Below are positions 47,928 to 57,415 of a stretch of DNA of 64,000 nucleotides, one piece after another; within the stretch, counting starts at the first letter, position 1, and every line of letters begins with the position of its first letter. Source of the stretch: Gomphosphaeria aponina SAG 52.96 = DSM 107014 (GTDB lineage: Bacteria; Cyanobacteriota; Cyanobacteriia; Cyanobacteriales; Gomphosphaeriaceae); NCBI GenBank assembly GCA_016903655.1, contig JADQBC010000001.1:13371-77370 (forward strand), in the 5' to 3' direction. The notes under the pieces were generated by a model. That model was given only the letters and a program-made list of their open reading frames with translations. It had not been told where the DNA came from and made no database searches. Made by a program: the position numbers and the translations under genes.

Positions 47928-48332
47928 ATGCCCCGAACTGCTGTAAAACAATCACCTTTCAAGACCAAATATGATGAGTGTGGGTTGTCCAAGTTATCTC
48001 CCACTGCTTTAACTTTAATGGCCGACTTTTTTAAAGTTCTCTCAGAATCTAGTCGGCTACAAATTGTTTGCTCACTGAAATCTGGGGAGAAAAATGTCAC
48101 CGAAATCATTGAAGCTACTGGTTTAGGACAAGCGAATGTATCTAAGCATCTGAAAATTTTAGCTCAAGCTGGGATTGTTACTCGTTCACAACAGGGAATT
48201 AATGTATTTTATCAAATTGCCAATCCTTTTGTTTTTGAGCTGTGCGAATTAGTGTGTGATTCTCTTGCTGTGCAAATGGAGTATCAAAGCGAAAAGTTAG
48301 AGCAACTCAAAGAGCTTCAAAAATCATTTTAG
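47928..48332 (+). CDS. ArsR/SmtB-family repressor, SqrR/BigR-like (candidate persulfide sensor)
   Basis: wHTH segment (RLQIVCSLKSGEKNVTEIIEATGLGQANVSKHLKILAQAGIV). One Cys sits in helix alpha2 (QIVCSL) and Cys residues sit in the C-terminal helix (ELCELVC), the positions used by SqrR/BigR. ATG at 47928. Confidence 0.75.
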   Translation: MPRTAVKQSPFKTKYDECGLSKLSPTALTLMADFFKVLSESSRLQIVCSLKSGEKNVTEIIEATGLGQANVSKHLKILAQAGIVTRSQQGINVFYQIANPFVFELCELVCDSLAVQMEYQSEKLEQLKELQKSF

Positions 48333-48343
48333 CCATGGAAAAA

Positions 48344-48372
48344 TCTAGAGGTTTTGTCACAAAACCCCTAGA
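48344..48372. terminator. Hairpin between convergent arsR-like and sqr genes
   Basis: TCTAGAGGTTTTG tca CAAAACCCCTAGA, a 13-bp stem with one mismatch. Confidence 0.5.
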
Positions 48373-48400
48373 CTTTTCGTGAACAAATCTATAAAAATTC

Positions 48401-49678
48401 CTAAAAAAGTTCCCGCAAAATATCTGGCTCAAAGGGTTCTCCTTTTAACATTCTGTTCCAATAAAGCCAAGGCAGTGCATAACGTTTGACTAACCACATA
48501 CTATAACGGGGTTTAGTGGGGTTGAGCAGAAAACTGGAAATAGGTTTATTTTCATAGTTAAATTCTGCCATGATTACTTTCCCATAGCCAGTAATTAAGG
48601 GACAACAAGTATAACCATTATACTCTTCATTTACTTGGCGAGATTGAATCAAAGATAAGATATTTTTAACCACAACTGGGGCCTGTTTACGAATAGCTGC
48701 AGCTGTTTTTGAAGTGGGTAAACCTGCTACATCTCCTAAGCTAAAAACGTTGGCATAAAGGTTATGTTGAAGGGTATATTGATTAACATCAACCCATCCC
48801 TGCATTGAACCATTTTGCACGGCTAGTTTACTGTTTTTGATAAATTCGGGAGCGCTCATGGGTGGGGTTACATGGAGCAAGTCATATTTGATGCTAATTT
48901 CTTCTATTTCCGTCCCTGTATTAACAGTAAAAATTGCTTCTTTAGTTTCAGGTTTAATTGCTTTTAAATTGTGCTTAAACTTAACCTCAATATTTTTTTC
49001 TTTGATTACTTTGTCCAGTGACTCAGAATATTCTGGTACACCAAACATCTTTGCTCCTGGTGTACAAAAAATGATATTAGACTTGTTTCTTACTCCACGT
49101 TTGCGTAAAGTTTCGTCAGTCATGTACATGATTTTTTGGGCTGCTCCCCCACATTTTATTGGGGTTACGGGATAGGTAAAAATGGCATTCCCCCCAGAAA
49201 ATTTATTGATACTTTCCCAAGTATAAGGTGCATAGTCTTTGCTATAATTGCTAGTAACGCCGTCTTTTCCTATGGCTTCTTTTAGTCCTTGAATTAAATG
49301 CCAGTCAATTTGAATCCCAGGGCAAACAATTAAATAATTATATTTGATTTCTTGTCTATCCCTAGTAATAACTAGATTGTGATCTGGGTCAAACTTTTCT
49401 ACATAAGCTTTAATCCACTTTGCACCATTAGGAATGCAATCTTGTTCATCTTTTACTGCATTTTCTATCTGATACTGACCGCCGCCTACTAAAGTCCAGG
49501 CTGGTTGGTAATAGTGTTTTTCTGATGGCTCAATGATAGCAAGATCGAGATTTCTATCTTTTTTTAATAACTGAGCAGCAACGGTGATCCCCGCTGCACC
49601 TCCCCCCACAATGACTATTTGGTGAGTGAGTTTATTGTTGGTAATGTTTGCGGATATTTGCTGATTTAATATTGACAT
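48401..49678 (-). CDS. sqr: Sulfide:quinone oxidoreductase, type II (second paralog)
   Basis: 425 aa, about 70% identical by eye to the 34752 copy. Same Cys contexts (PIKCGGAAQK, NGYTCCPL) and the same YSMWLVKRYALPWLYWNRMLKG tail. Confidence 0.9.
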   Translation of the reverse strand: MSILNQQISANITNNKLTHQIVIVGGGAAGITVAAQLLKKDRNLDLAIIEPSEKHYYQPAWTLVGGGQYQIENAVKDEQDCIPNGAKWIKAYVEKFDPDHNLVITRDRQEIKYNYLIVCPGIQIDWHLIQGLKEAIGKDGVTSNYSKDYAPYTWESINKFSGGNAIFTYPVTPIKCGGAAQKIMYMTDETLRKRGVRNKSNIIFCTPGAKMFGVPEYSESLDKVIKEKNIEVKFKHNLKAIKPETKEAIFTVNTGTEIEEISIKYDLLHVTPPMSAPEFIKNSKLAVQNGSMQGWVDVNQYTLQHNLYANVFSLGDVAGLPTSKTAAAIRKQAPVVVKNILSLIQSRQVNEEYNGYTCCPLITGYGKVIMAEFNYENKPISSFLLNPTKPRYSMWLVKRYALPWLYWNRMLKGEPFEPDILRELF

Positions 49679-49847
49679 TTTATTTAGATTTTGGGTTGAT
49701 GGGAAATTTCAATAGTAGATGCACACTTCTACTGAATAAAAAAGTGGTGTTACCCCCCCCCTTGGCAAAAAATATGTATTAATTTAAATAAAATACAAAA
49801 GGTGGGGTTTATTAGGGTTTCGCTCATTGGTCTGAATAACTATTAAA

Positions 49848-50219
49848 CTAAATAGCTTCGCTTTTTCCTGTAAAAGTTACCATGTTTAACCTTCGCCATT
49901 CTAACATTCCACCAGTGATATTAAAGACTTGGGTAAAACCTGCTTTTACAAGTTCTTTGGCAATAATTGGGCTCCGATGGGCACTTAAACAAATAATGGC
50001 AATGGGTTCATCTTTTGGTAAATTTAAAAACCATTCAGGTAACACCCTCTGCCGCAAAATTGGGATATTTCCTAGCAAAATTCGGGGTAAACTGAGATTA
50101 ATTGCTTTTGGTGCATGACCTGTGAGATATTCTAATTTGCTCCGCACATCAATTAATAATGGTTGCTGGTTGAGTTGGGCAAATTCTTGAGGGGAAATAT
50201 TGGTAAAGTAAGCTTTCAT
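49848..50219 (-). CDS. Single-domain rhodanese sulfurtransferase
   Basis: 123 aa with LIDVRSKLEY and the active-site loop CLSAHRS. Confidence 0.85.
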   Translation of the reverse strand: MKAYFTNISPQEFAQLNQQPLLIDVRSKLEYLTGHAPKAINLSLPRILLGNIPILRQRVLPEWFLNLPKDEPIAIICLSAHRSPIIAKELVKAGFTQVFNITGGMLEWRRLNMVTFTGKSEAI

Positions 50220-50259
50220 TTTTGATTGTTTATTGTTAACTGATGGTATTTTTTCTTAT

Positions 50260-51258
50260 TTACACGGCAACGGTTAAATTTTCTGTCCAACGACGTGGCT
50301 CTGTAGCTCTTCTAATATCACGCCAAATTTGTGTGGCGGCTAATGCACCATCCCCAGCAGCAACTACTACTTGATTTAGTCCTACTTTTAAGTCGCCAAT
50401 GGCAAAAATTTTGGGGTGAGAAGTGCGACCCATTTTATCGGTAATTAAGTTATTGCCTTGATAATCTAAATTAATACCTTGAAGATAGGCGTTATGATAT
50501 TTTGAACCCATTGAAATTAAGCCAGTTTCTAACTGAATGGTCGAACCGTCTATTAATTCAACTCCTGTCATTTGATGGTTTTGGCCGCTAAAACTTTTAA
50601 TGGGTGTTTCCACTAAGCGATATCCATGCTCTCGCAATTGGTTTTTAGTTTCCTGGCTTACTTCAAATAGTCCATGAGTAAAGACAGTGATATAGGGGGT
50701 AAACCAACTAAGGTTAAAAATCATTTCTGTGATACTGGTTTCGCTTCCAGCAAATAAGCCACATTGTTTGTCCACCATTTCATAACCATCGCAAACCATG
50801 CAGACATGGAGGTTATAACCTGCGTATTCAAAAACATTCTCCATATCTTCTAAAGGTGGTAAATTGTCAATAATACCACTGGCAACAATTAGATATTTTG
50901 AGCGAAAAACCTGATAAATGCTATTTTGTCTGCCAATTTTTACCTTGACTGCAAAGGCTTCACCGAAGTCTTCTACTGTTTCTACATATCCATTGAGGAA
51001 GTCGCCATCTAGGGAGAGGTAATGTTTTTGACCTTGTTGTAAAAGTACTTTACCTGGGGTGTCTGGGGGCAATCCTAAATAATTATGTAGTTCTTGCATC
51101 CAGAAGGAGCGGGCCTTTCCTTTGTCAACGATTAAACTTGAGAGGCGGTAACGTTGGAGGTAGATACCTGCAGATAATCCTCCTGCTCCTCCCCCGACAA
51201 TTACAACATCGTAAATTTGGTTACTTCTTTCCTGGAGATTCTTTTTCGAGAGCTTCAT
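50260..51258 (-). CDS. Thioredoxin-reductase-like flavoprotein disulfide oxidoreductase
   Basis: FAD motif VVIVGGGAGGLSAG and a CxxC (HVCMVCDGYE) at the TrxB position. The second dinucleotide motif looks degenerate (CGLFAGSETS). Confidence 0.75.
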   Translation of the reverse strand: MKLSKKNLQERSNQIYDVVIVGGGAGGLSAGIYLQRYRLSSLIVDKGKARSFWMQELHNYLGLPPDTPGKVLLQQGQKHYLSLDGDFLNGYVETVEDFGEAFAVKVKIGRQNSIYQVFRSKYLIVASGIIDNLPPLEDMENVFEYAGYNLHVCMVCDGYEMVDKQCGLFAGSETSITEMIFNLSWFTPYITVFTHGLFEVSQETKNQLREHGYRLVETPIKSFSGQNHQMTGVELIDGSTIQLETGLISMGSKYHNAYLQGINLDYQGNNLITDKMGRTSHPKIFAIGDLKVGLNQVVVAAGDGALAATQIWRDIRRATEPRRWTENLTVAV

Positions 51259-51562
51259 TCTTTCCTCTCCTTATTTATAAGGGGCGCTCACTGGAACTTA
51301 ACTATGTTTACCTTTTTTCTAATATAACCAATTGCTCATATCATTGTCAAGGGGTTGCCCAAATTTTTTTTCTTTTCCGTGGCTCTTGTACCCTAGAAGC
51401 TTTGACTGCTCAGGGTTATGGCGTTTTTAGAAAAGGAAAAAAATTTTTTTGGGGACTTGACATAATTGGTTTACTATGTGGTAAGATAATTATTAGGTTC
51501 AAAAAAAGGTTTTGGGCGATGGCCCCTTCTCTCAATTCCAAATATTCAAGGAGGTTGACTTG

Positions 51563-52012
51563 GTGGCAGATATCAAGAAGATCAATGAGCAACTTAGTAT
51601 AGCCCCACAGCTAACGCCAGCAGAAATCGACCAATTACCTGAATTGGGTTTTAAATCAGTGTTGAATTTGCGCTCGCCTGCAGAAAATGGCTTTCTCACT
51701 GAGGAAGCGCAGCAAATCGAAGCTTTGGGAATAGCTTACACTCTAACCCCAGTCACCCTTCCCTCTCTCAACGAAGCTTTAATTACTCAGGTTGTCAAAC
51801 AAATTGATAATTTACCCAAACCAGCTTTGATTCATTGTGGTTCTGCATTACGTGCTGGTTATATGGTGATACTTTATCAAGCAACTAAAGAAGGAATGAC
51901 TTTAGATGCTGCAAAACAGTGGTCAAATGAACTGGGTTTTGATATGATGCGCAACCCACAACTGAACCAGCATTTTGAAGACTATATCAATAAAATTATC
52001 TGGAGGAAATAA
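51563..52012 (+). CDS. DUF442 (Blh N-terminal, phosphatase-fold sulfur-transfer-associated) protein
   Basis: IKKINEQLSIAPQLTPAEIDQL...HCGSALRAG. I prefer the GTG at 51563, preceded by AAGGAGG, over the track start at 51512. Its stop overlaps the next start (TAATG). Confidence 0.7.
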   Translation: MADIKKINEQLSIAPQLTPAEIDQLPELGFKSVLNLRSPAENGFLTEEAQQIEALGIAYTLTPVTLPSLNEALITQVVKQIDNLPKPALIHCGSALRAGYMVILYQATKEGMTLDAAKQWSNELGFDMMRNPQLNQHFEDYINKIIWRK

Positions 52013-52710
52013 TGATGCTATTTCGTCAACTCTTCGACCAAGAATCAAGTACTTATACTTATTTAATTGCGGATCCAGTAACAAAAGAGGCTGTGTTAGT
52101 CGATCCAGTTTTGGAACAAGTAGAGCGTGACCTCAAATTAATCCAAGAGTTAGGTTTAACTCTCAAATATGGCTTAGAAACCCATCTTCATGCAGACCAT
52201 ATTACGGGAACGGGTAAACTGCGGGAAATTACAGGATGTCAAGGAATTGTACCTGAAAATGCTCAGGCAGCTTGTGCGGACAGACATATCAAACATGGGG
52301 AAGTTTTACAACTCGGAGAAGTAAAAATAGAGGCGATCGCTACTCCAGGTCATACAGATAGTCACATGGCATATTTAGTGGGAGACAAACTACTAACTGG
52401 GGATTCCTTATTTATTCGTGGTTGTGGTCGCACCGACTTCCAAAGTGGGGATGCAGGAATTTTGTATGATTCCATCACTCAAAGGTTATTTACCCTCCCA
52501 GATGAAACCCTAGTGTATCCTGGTCACGATTATCGGGGACATACTGTCTCGACGATTGGGGAAGAAAAGCAACTCAACCCCCGTTTAGCTGGACGGGGGC
52601 GTGCTGATTTCATTCAAATAATGGACAATCTCAATTTACCTAATCCGAAAAAAATCATGGAAGCAGTTCCTGCAAATCAAGCTTGTGGCAAAGTTGCTGT
52701 GCCAGTTTAA
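52012..52710 (+). CDS. Persulfide dioxygenase (ETHE1-like MBL-fold)
   Basis: FRQLFDQESSTYTYLIAD, the metal motif THLHADH, GHTDSH, and GDSLFIRGCGRTDFQ. Confidence 0.85.
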   Translation: MMLFRQLFDQESSTYTYLIADPVTKEAVLVDPVLEQVERDLKLIQELGLTLKYGLETHLHADHITGTGKLREITGCQGIVPENAQAACADRHIKHGEVLQLGEVKIEAIATPGHTDSHMAYLVGDKLLTGDSLFIRGCGRTDFQSGDAGILYDSITQRLFTLPDETLVYPGHDYRGHTVSTIGEEKQLNPRLAGRGRADFIQIMDNLNLPNPKKIMEAVPANQACGKVAVPV

Positions 52711-52774
52711 ATCAGTTATCAGTTATCAGTTGCCCAATTATCTAATTTAAATACTCACATTTATTTTAAGCAAC

Positions 52775-53311
52775 ATGACTCAACTCAAAGACAAACTAAA
52801 AGTAATTAATTCCAAAACTCTCAAACAATTGTTAGCTCAAGAAACCGTGACTTTAGTTGATGTGAGAGAACCTTCTGAATATGCAGGAGAACATATTGAG
52901 GGAGCAAATTTAATTCCTCTTTCTAGTTTTGACCCTAATAAAATACCGCAAGAGTCAAATAAAATCTTAGTTCTTTATTGTCAAAGTAGCAACAGGTCTG
53001 CGCAAGCGGCACAGAAATTATTGTTAACAGGCTGTGAAGAAGTTACTCATTTGGAAGGAGGATTAAATGCTTGGAAACAGTTAGGTTTTCCTACCAAAAT
53101 TAATCAAAATGCTCCTATTAGCATTATGCGTCAGGTGCAAATAATAGCGGGTTCTTTGGTGCTAACAGGTACTTTACTCGGTGCTTTTGTCTCTCCCTGG
53201 TTTTTAATTCTCAGTGGTTTTGTGGGCGCTGGGTTGACTTTTGCAGGCATTACTAATACTTGCGCTATGGCAATTTTATTGGCAAAATTGCCTTACAATA
53301 AACGAATTTAA
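52775..53311 (+). CDS. Rhodanese domain fused to DUF2892 membrane domain (YgaP-like)
   Basis: LVDVREPSEY, the active-site loop CQSSNRS, and a C-terminal two-TM hairpin. Confidence 0.8.
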   Translation: MTQLKDKLKVINSKTLKQLLAQETVTLVDVREPSEYAGEHIEGANLIPLSSFDPNKIPQESNKILVLYCQSSNRSAQAAQKLLLTGCEEVTHLEGGLNAWKQLGFPTKINQNAPISIMRQVQIIAGSLVLTGTLLGAFVSPWFLILSGFVGAGLTFAGITNTCAMAILLAKLPYNKRI

Positions 53312-53322
53312 ATTGTAATTAA

Positions 53323-53385
53323 TGGGCGGGTTTTGATATAAAGATTCTAGTTTTGAGTCTTAGATTATCCCTAAACCAGCCCCGA
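53323..53385. repeat. R2-family repeat inserted between island genes
   Basis: gggcgggttttgatataaag...ccctaaaccagccccg. Confidence 0.45.
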
Positions 53386-53399
53386 CAAAAGAAGGACTA

Positions 53400-54167
53400 A
53401 TGATAACAACAATTATCGGTCATATTTTAGCTGTTGCTATTGGGATGACTCTCGGATTAATCGGTGGTGGTGGTTCAGTTTTAGCTGTACCAACTTTAAT
53501 TTATGTGATGGGTATAAGCTCAAAAGAGGCGATCACCATGACTTTAATTATAGTTGGCATAGTTAGTTTAATTGGCATTATTCCCCACTGGCGGCAAGGT
53601 AATGTTAATCTCAAAATTGCTACTGTTTTTATTCCTCCAGCTATGCTTGGCACTTATTTGGGTGCTACATTGGCTTTACTCCCTTTTATTAGCGATACCT
53701 TCCAGCTTATTTGTTTTGGCATCATTATGTTATTAGCCAGTATTTTAATGATTGGTAAAGGAAGTAGTAAAGAAGAAAAAAATAAGATTATTGAGCCGAA
53801 AAAAAACAAATATCAGTGGTTGGTAATTCCCGCCGAAGGTTTAGGTGTAGGTATTGTTACTGGATTTGTGGGCGTTGGTGGGGGTTTTGCGATTATCCCA
53901 GCTTTGGTTTTAATTGGTGGTATTCCGATGAAAGAGGCGATCGGTACGTCTTTATTAATAATTGCTTTTAATTCTGTTACAGGAGTGATAAAGTATCTCA
54001 GTCAGGTTTCCATCGATTGGAATTTAACAATTTCTTTCACTCTCGCTGCTACTATCGGTACGGTCAGTGGTGCTTATTTGAGTAGAGTTATTCAGGCAAA
54101 AGAACTACAAAAAGTTTTTGGGTATTTTGTCCTGGCGGTAGCTGTCTTTGTTTTGATTCGCCGATAG
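53400..54167 (+). CDS. TauE/SafE family sulfite exporter
   Basis: 255-aa polytopic protein with duplicated GGGGSVLAVP / GVGGGFAIIPAL motifs. Confidence 0.85.
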   Translation: MITTIIGHILAVAIGMTLGLIGGGGSVLAVPTLIYVMGISSKEAITMTLIIVGIVSLIGIIPHWRQGNVNLKIATVFIPPAMLGTYLGATLALLPFISDTFQLICFGIIMLLASILMIGKGSSKEEKNKIIEPKKNKYQWLVIPAEGLGVGIVTGFVGVGGGFAIIPALVLIGGIPMKEAIGTSLLIIAFNSVTGVIKYLSQVSIDWNLTISFTLAATIGTVSGAYLSRVIQAKELQKVFGYFVLAVAVFVLIRR

Positions 54168-54276
54168 GGCAAATGTTAAGTTTTGTTAAGAAAAATCAAA
54201 AATGAGTTTTTTTTTCTCCTAAACAGTTTACCATATGATAATATGATGATTAGTTAGCAAGGATAAGGGTTGATTG

Positions 54277-54990
54277 ATGGGGAAACTATTTGACGAACTG
54301 AAAAAAGACATCTTGTACCAGCATGGTATGAATGCCTGTCTCAATTGTGGGGTGTGTACTGCGGTGTGTCCAGCAGCGGAATTTAATGATTATTCTCCCA
54401 GAGAAGTAATGAACACCGTGCAATCGGAATGTGACGAAGACATTAAGGAATTATTAAAATCGGACAAAATCTGGTATTGCGGGCAGTGTTTTTCCTGCAA
54501 GACAAGATGTCCGCGAGGCAACAGTGCAGCTTCAGTAATTCTGGCTTTGCGCCGACTATCCATCCGTCATGGTTACTTTGCAGAGTCAGAAAAAGGAAGA
54601 CAGCAACTATTTGCTAAAAGGGTATTTGGACAAAATATGCTTGATCGAGGTTATACCTTACTCGCTAAAAACATTTCTCCCGCACATTTCCCCGAATTAG
54701 GAGAAAACTGGGAATACTATTACGAACACATGGAAGAAATGCGCCAATGGTGGGATGTTCCAATGGATTTAGAAAACAGTCCTGGTTCACACCGCCAAAT
54801 TCCCGAACAAGATTTAGATGAAATACGAGCCATTTACCAAAAAACTGGTGCAATTGCCTTAATGGAAGCAGTGGAAAAAGCCATGGAAAAGAAACTGGGC
54901 AGTAAAGCTGAAGTAGAAAAATATTGGCAAACCTGGTTAGAAACAGGGGACAGCAGAAATTATGAACTCAAAGGAGAAAACAAATCATGA
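54277..54990 (+). CDS. hdrC: Heterodisulfide reductase subunit C-like (sHdrC1)
   Basis: Two 4Fe-4S motifs, CLNCGVCTAVCP and CGQCFSCKTRCP. ATGA overlap with the next gene. Confidence 0.8.
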   Translation: MGKLFDELKKDILYQHGMNACLNCGVCTAVCPAAEFNDYSPREVMNTVQSECDEDIKELLKSDKIWYCGQCFSCKTRCPRGNSAASVILALRRLSIRHGYFAESEKGRQQLFAKRVFGQNMLDRGYTLLAKNISPAHFPELGENWEYYYEHMEEMRQWWDVPMDLENSPGSHRQIPEQDLDEIRAIYQKTGAIALMEAVEKAMEKKLGSKAEVEKYWQTWLETGDSRNYELKGENKS

Positions 54991-56033
54991 AATTAGCAGG
55001 AAAAGTGAAAGCATGGGAAAAACATCAAAAAGCAGTTCCCAGTGTTGATGAACCAAATGGAAAAGTCTGGGGTTGTTTTCGGAGCTGTTTCCTCCAGAGT
55101 GCTGCACCTTATACAGAAGGTATTGCTTATAAAATCCTCAAAAATGACTTAGGGATGGACTTACGGGAAGCACCAGGTCATACTTCCTGTGGTGCAATTG
55201 GCTATCACGGAGACGTATCTAATTTAGAAACCCAGATGGTGGTGGCTGCAAGGAATTTTTCTGTGGCTCATTACGAACTGGGAGTAAATAATCTTTTTTC
55301 CTTCTGTGTCACTTCTTTTGCTAACTATACAGAAGTGATCAAACTCTGGGAAGAAGAACCAGAGTTGAAAGAATACACAGAAAAAATGTTGAAAGAAACT
55401 ACGGGCAGGGAATTTTGGATTCCTCGCGTATCAGGGGGAAGGCCTTCTGTAGTTCATGCTTCTGATGTATTTTTTGCCAATCGCCACTTCCTGGCGGCAA
55501 AAGCTAAGTATAGTTTGAAAGGAGTTAAGGCTACTGACCATGTTGGCTGCCACTATGCAAAAATTTTTCCTGAAGAGTCCATGGGTGGTGCTGAATTTCC
55601 TCAAGTTTTAGTGGGGATATTAGAAGCTTTTGGGGCTGAAGTAGTGGATTATCCAGAAAGAAGACATTGCTGCGGGATGGGTTTCCGTCAGTGTGCTTTC
55701 CCAGAAAACCGAGACTATACTGCGGGTAGTGTTTATAAAAAGTTACAGAGTTTGAAAGAAGCTCACCCAGACTGCAAACTAATTTTAACTAATTGTCCAG
55801 GGTGTACGGTTTTTCTGGATGCTGAACAAGGAACCATTAAAGAAGTGTTAGAAGAAGAGTTCAATGTCAGTATTTTAGATTATGCACAATTAACAGGTTT
55901 GTTATTAGGTTATGACCCTTTTAAAGATTGTGGTTTAAATGCGAAAGCAGTGGCGATCGAACCTTTACTGGATCAGATTGGTATTCCTTACGATAAATCC
56001 AAAACTGCAGAACAAAGAAGACGACCTTTTTAA
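54987..56033 (+). CDS. hdrB: Heterodisulfide reductase subunit B-like (sHdrB1)
   Basis: 348 aa. The first CCG domain is degenerate (TSCGAIG). The second is intact (HVGCHY...HCCGMGF...NCPGC). Confidence 0.8.
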   Translation: MKLAGKVKAWEKHQKAVPSVDEPNGKVWGCFRSCFLQSAAPYTEGIAYKILKNDLGMDLREAPGHTSCGAIGYHGDVSNLETQMVVAARNFSVAHYELGVNNLFSFCVTSFANYTEVIKLWEEEPELKEYTEKMLKETTGREFWIPRVSGGRPSVVHASDVFFANRHFLAAKAKYSLKGVKATDHVGCHYAKIFPEESMGGAEFPQVLVGILEAFGAEVVDYPERRHCCGMGFRQCAFPENRDYTAGSVYKKLQSLKEAHPDCKLILTNCPGCTVFLDAEQGTIKEVLEEEFNVSILDYAQLTGLLLGYDPFKDCGLNAKAVAIEPLLDQIGIPYDKSKTAEQRRRPF

Positions 56034-56053
56034 CAGTTATCAGTTAAAAAACT

Positions 56054-56135
56054 GTAGGGGCAGGTTTGTAGGGGCGGGTTTGGTGACAATTTAGTAATCA
56101 AAACCATAACCTCGAGCTCAAAACCCGCCCCCTCC
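56054..56135. repeat. R2-family repeat between hdrB1 and hdrA
   Basis: gtaggggcaggtttgtaggggcgggtttgg...ctcaaaacccgccccctcc (inverted GC-rich ends). Confidence 0.5.
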
Positions 56136-56235
56136 TCTATCAGTTATCAATTTCATTATTAATTGTTCATTGATAATTGAATGACTAATGAGTTAAAAAA
56201 TTCAAAAATTAAAAATTAAAAAATTGAGGAAAACA

Positions 56236-57348
56236 ATGAACAAAAACATAGTTGTAATTGGGGGCGGTGTAGCAGGAATGGCAGCCGCAGGAAAATTAAG
56301 AGAATTTGGATATGAAGTAACTTTAATCGAAAAGGAAAAAGAGTTAGGCGGTAATGTTAAAAACTGGTATAAAGTCTTTCCTGATTTTACCGATGCTGCT
56401 GAAATTATCAATAAATTGAAAGGGGAATTAAAGGGAATCAGGGTGATTAACAATGCCACTGTAACTCAGATTAATGGAGTAGCTCCTAACTTTGAAGTAA
56501 TTACTTCGACTGGGGAAAAAATTGACGCTGCTTCTATTCTTGTGGCTACAGGATTTAAGCCTTTTAATGCTGCTTTGAAAGAGGAATATGGCTATGGAAT
56601 TTATAACAATTCTATCACTTCTATTGAATTGGATGCCATGCTGAAACAGCATCAAGTGCAAACTGCATCAGGAAAACCGCCTCAGAAAATAGCCATGATC
56701 CACTGTGTGGGTTCGCGAGATCAACAGGTAAATAATAATTATTGTTCCCGTGTTTGTTGTACTAATACTGTTAAAGTTGCCATTGAAATTAAAGAGCAAA
56801 TTCCTGATTGTGAAATTTACTGTTTGTATATGGATATTCGGGTATTTGGACGGGGTTATGAGGAATTGTATCGTACATCTCAAGAAAAATTTGGCGTTCA
56901 ATTTATTCGCGGGCGACTTTCTGAAGCTGGGGAAAAAACTGATGGTAGTTTATTGTTGCGGCTAGAAGATACTTTGACTGCTAAACCTATGCGTTTAACT
57001 GTGGATATGTTGGTTTTAATGGTAGGAATGGTGGGTAATACTGAGTTAGCTGAAATTGCAGATTTAAAGGTGGGTTGCGATCGCTTTTACACCACTGCCC
57101 ATGAGCAATATTCTAACAATAATTCTGAGAAAAAAGGTATTTTTCTAGCAGGAACAGCAACGGGTCCTAAAGCTATTATGGAATCTATTACTGATGGGCG
57201 TTCAGCCGCAGCAGAAATAGCAGCTTTTTTGCATAGTTTCACCCTAGAAAATATGAGCTGTGATTTATCTTTCAGACAGCCTTTCGCCTCAATGATTGCA
57301 GGAGGAAATCAGTTTTGTAATACCCCACCCCAACCCTCCCCTTATTAA
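56236..57348 (+). CDS. hdrA: Heterodisulfide reductase subunit A-like flavoprotein (sHdrA)
   Basis: FAD motif VVIGGGVAGMAAA and the Fe-S Cys cluster HCVGSRD...YCSRVCC. The last ~35 aa read into a repeat insertion and may not be native. Confidence 0.8.
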   Translation: MNKNIVVIGGGVAGMAAAGKLREFGYEVTLIEKEKELGGNVKNWYKVFPDFTDAAEIINKLKGELKGIRVINNATVTQINGVAPNFEVITSTGEKIDAASILVATGFKPFNAALKEEYGYGIYNNSITSIELDAMLKQHQVQTASGKPPQKIAMIHCVGSRDQQVNNNYCSRVCCTNTVKVAIEIKEQIPDCEIYCLYMDIRVFGRGYEELYRTSQEKFGVQFIRGRLSEAGEKTDGSLLLRLEDTLTAKPMRLTVDMLVLMVGMVGNTELAEIADLKVGCDRFYTTAHEQYSNNNSEKKGIFLAGTATGPKAIMESITDGRSAAAEIAAFLHSFTLENMSCDLSFRQPFASMIAGGNQFCNTPPQPSPY

Positions 57349-57385
57349 GGGGAGGGAGTCAGCATTTCCCCCCTGCGGGGGGGTT
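57325..57385. repeat. GC-rich double-hairpin insertion in the hdrA-hdrC2 spacer
   Basis: CCCTCCCC ttattaa GGGGAGGG, followed by CCCCCC tgc GGGGGG. Confidence 0.6.
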
Positions 57386-57415
57386 ATCCGTTTAAATTTG
57401 GTAAGGAATAAAACA

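Noticed and set aside
47901-51473. AAACCAATT as the ArsR/SqrR operator
   Set aside because: It occurs at three suggestive positions, but similar 8-mers also occur at unrelated sites (for example near 22115 and 59000). I see no clear 12-2-12 or ATTC-N8-GAAT type palindrome. It is kept only as a weak note inside the regulator finding.
51138-51602. 154-aa + ORF spanning the divergent control region of the sulfur island
   Set aside because: It starts antisense inside the TrxR-like gene and runs through the promoter region, out of frame with the DUF442 gene.
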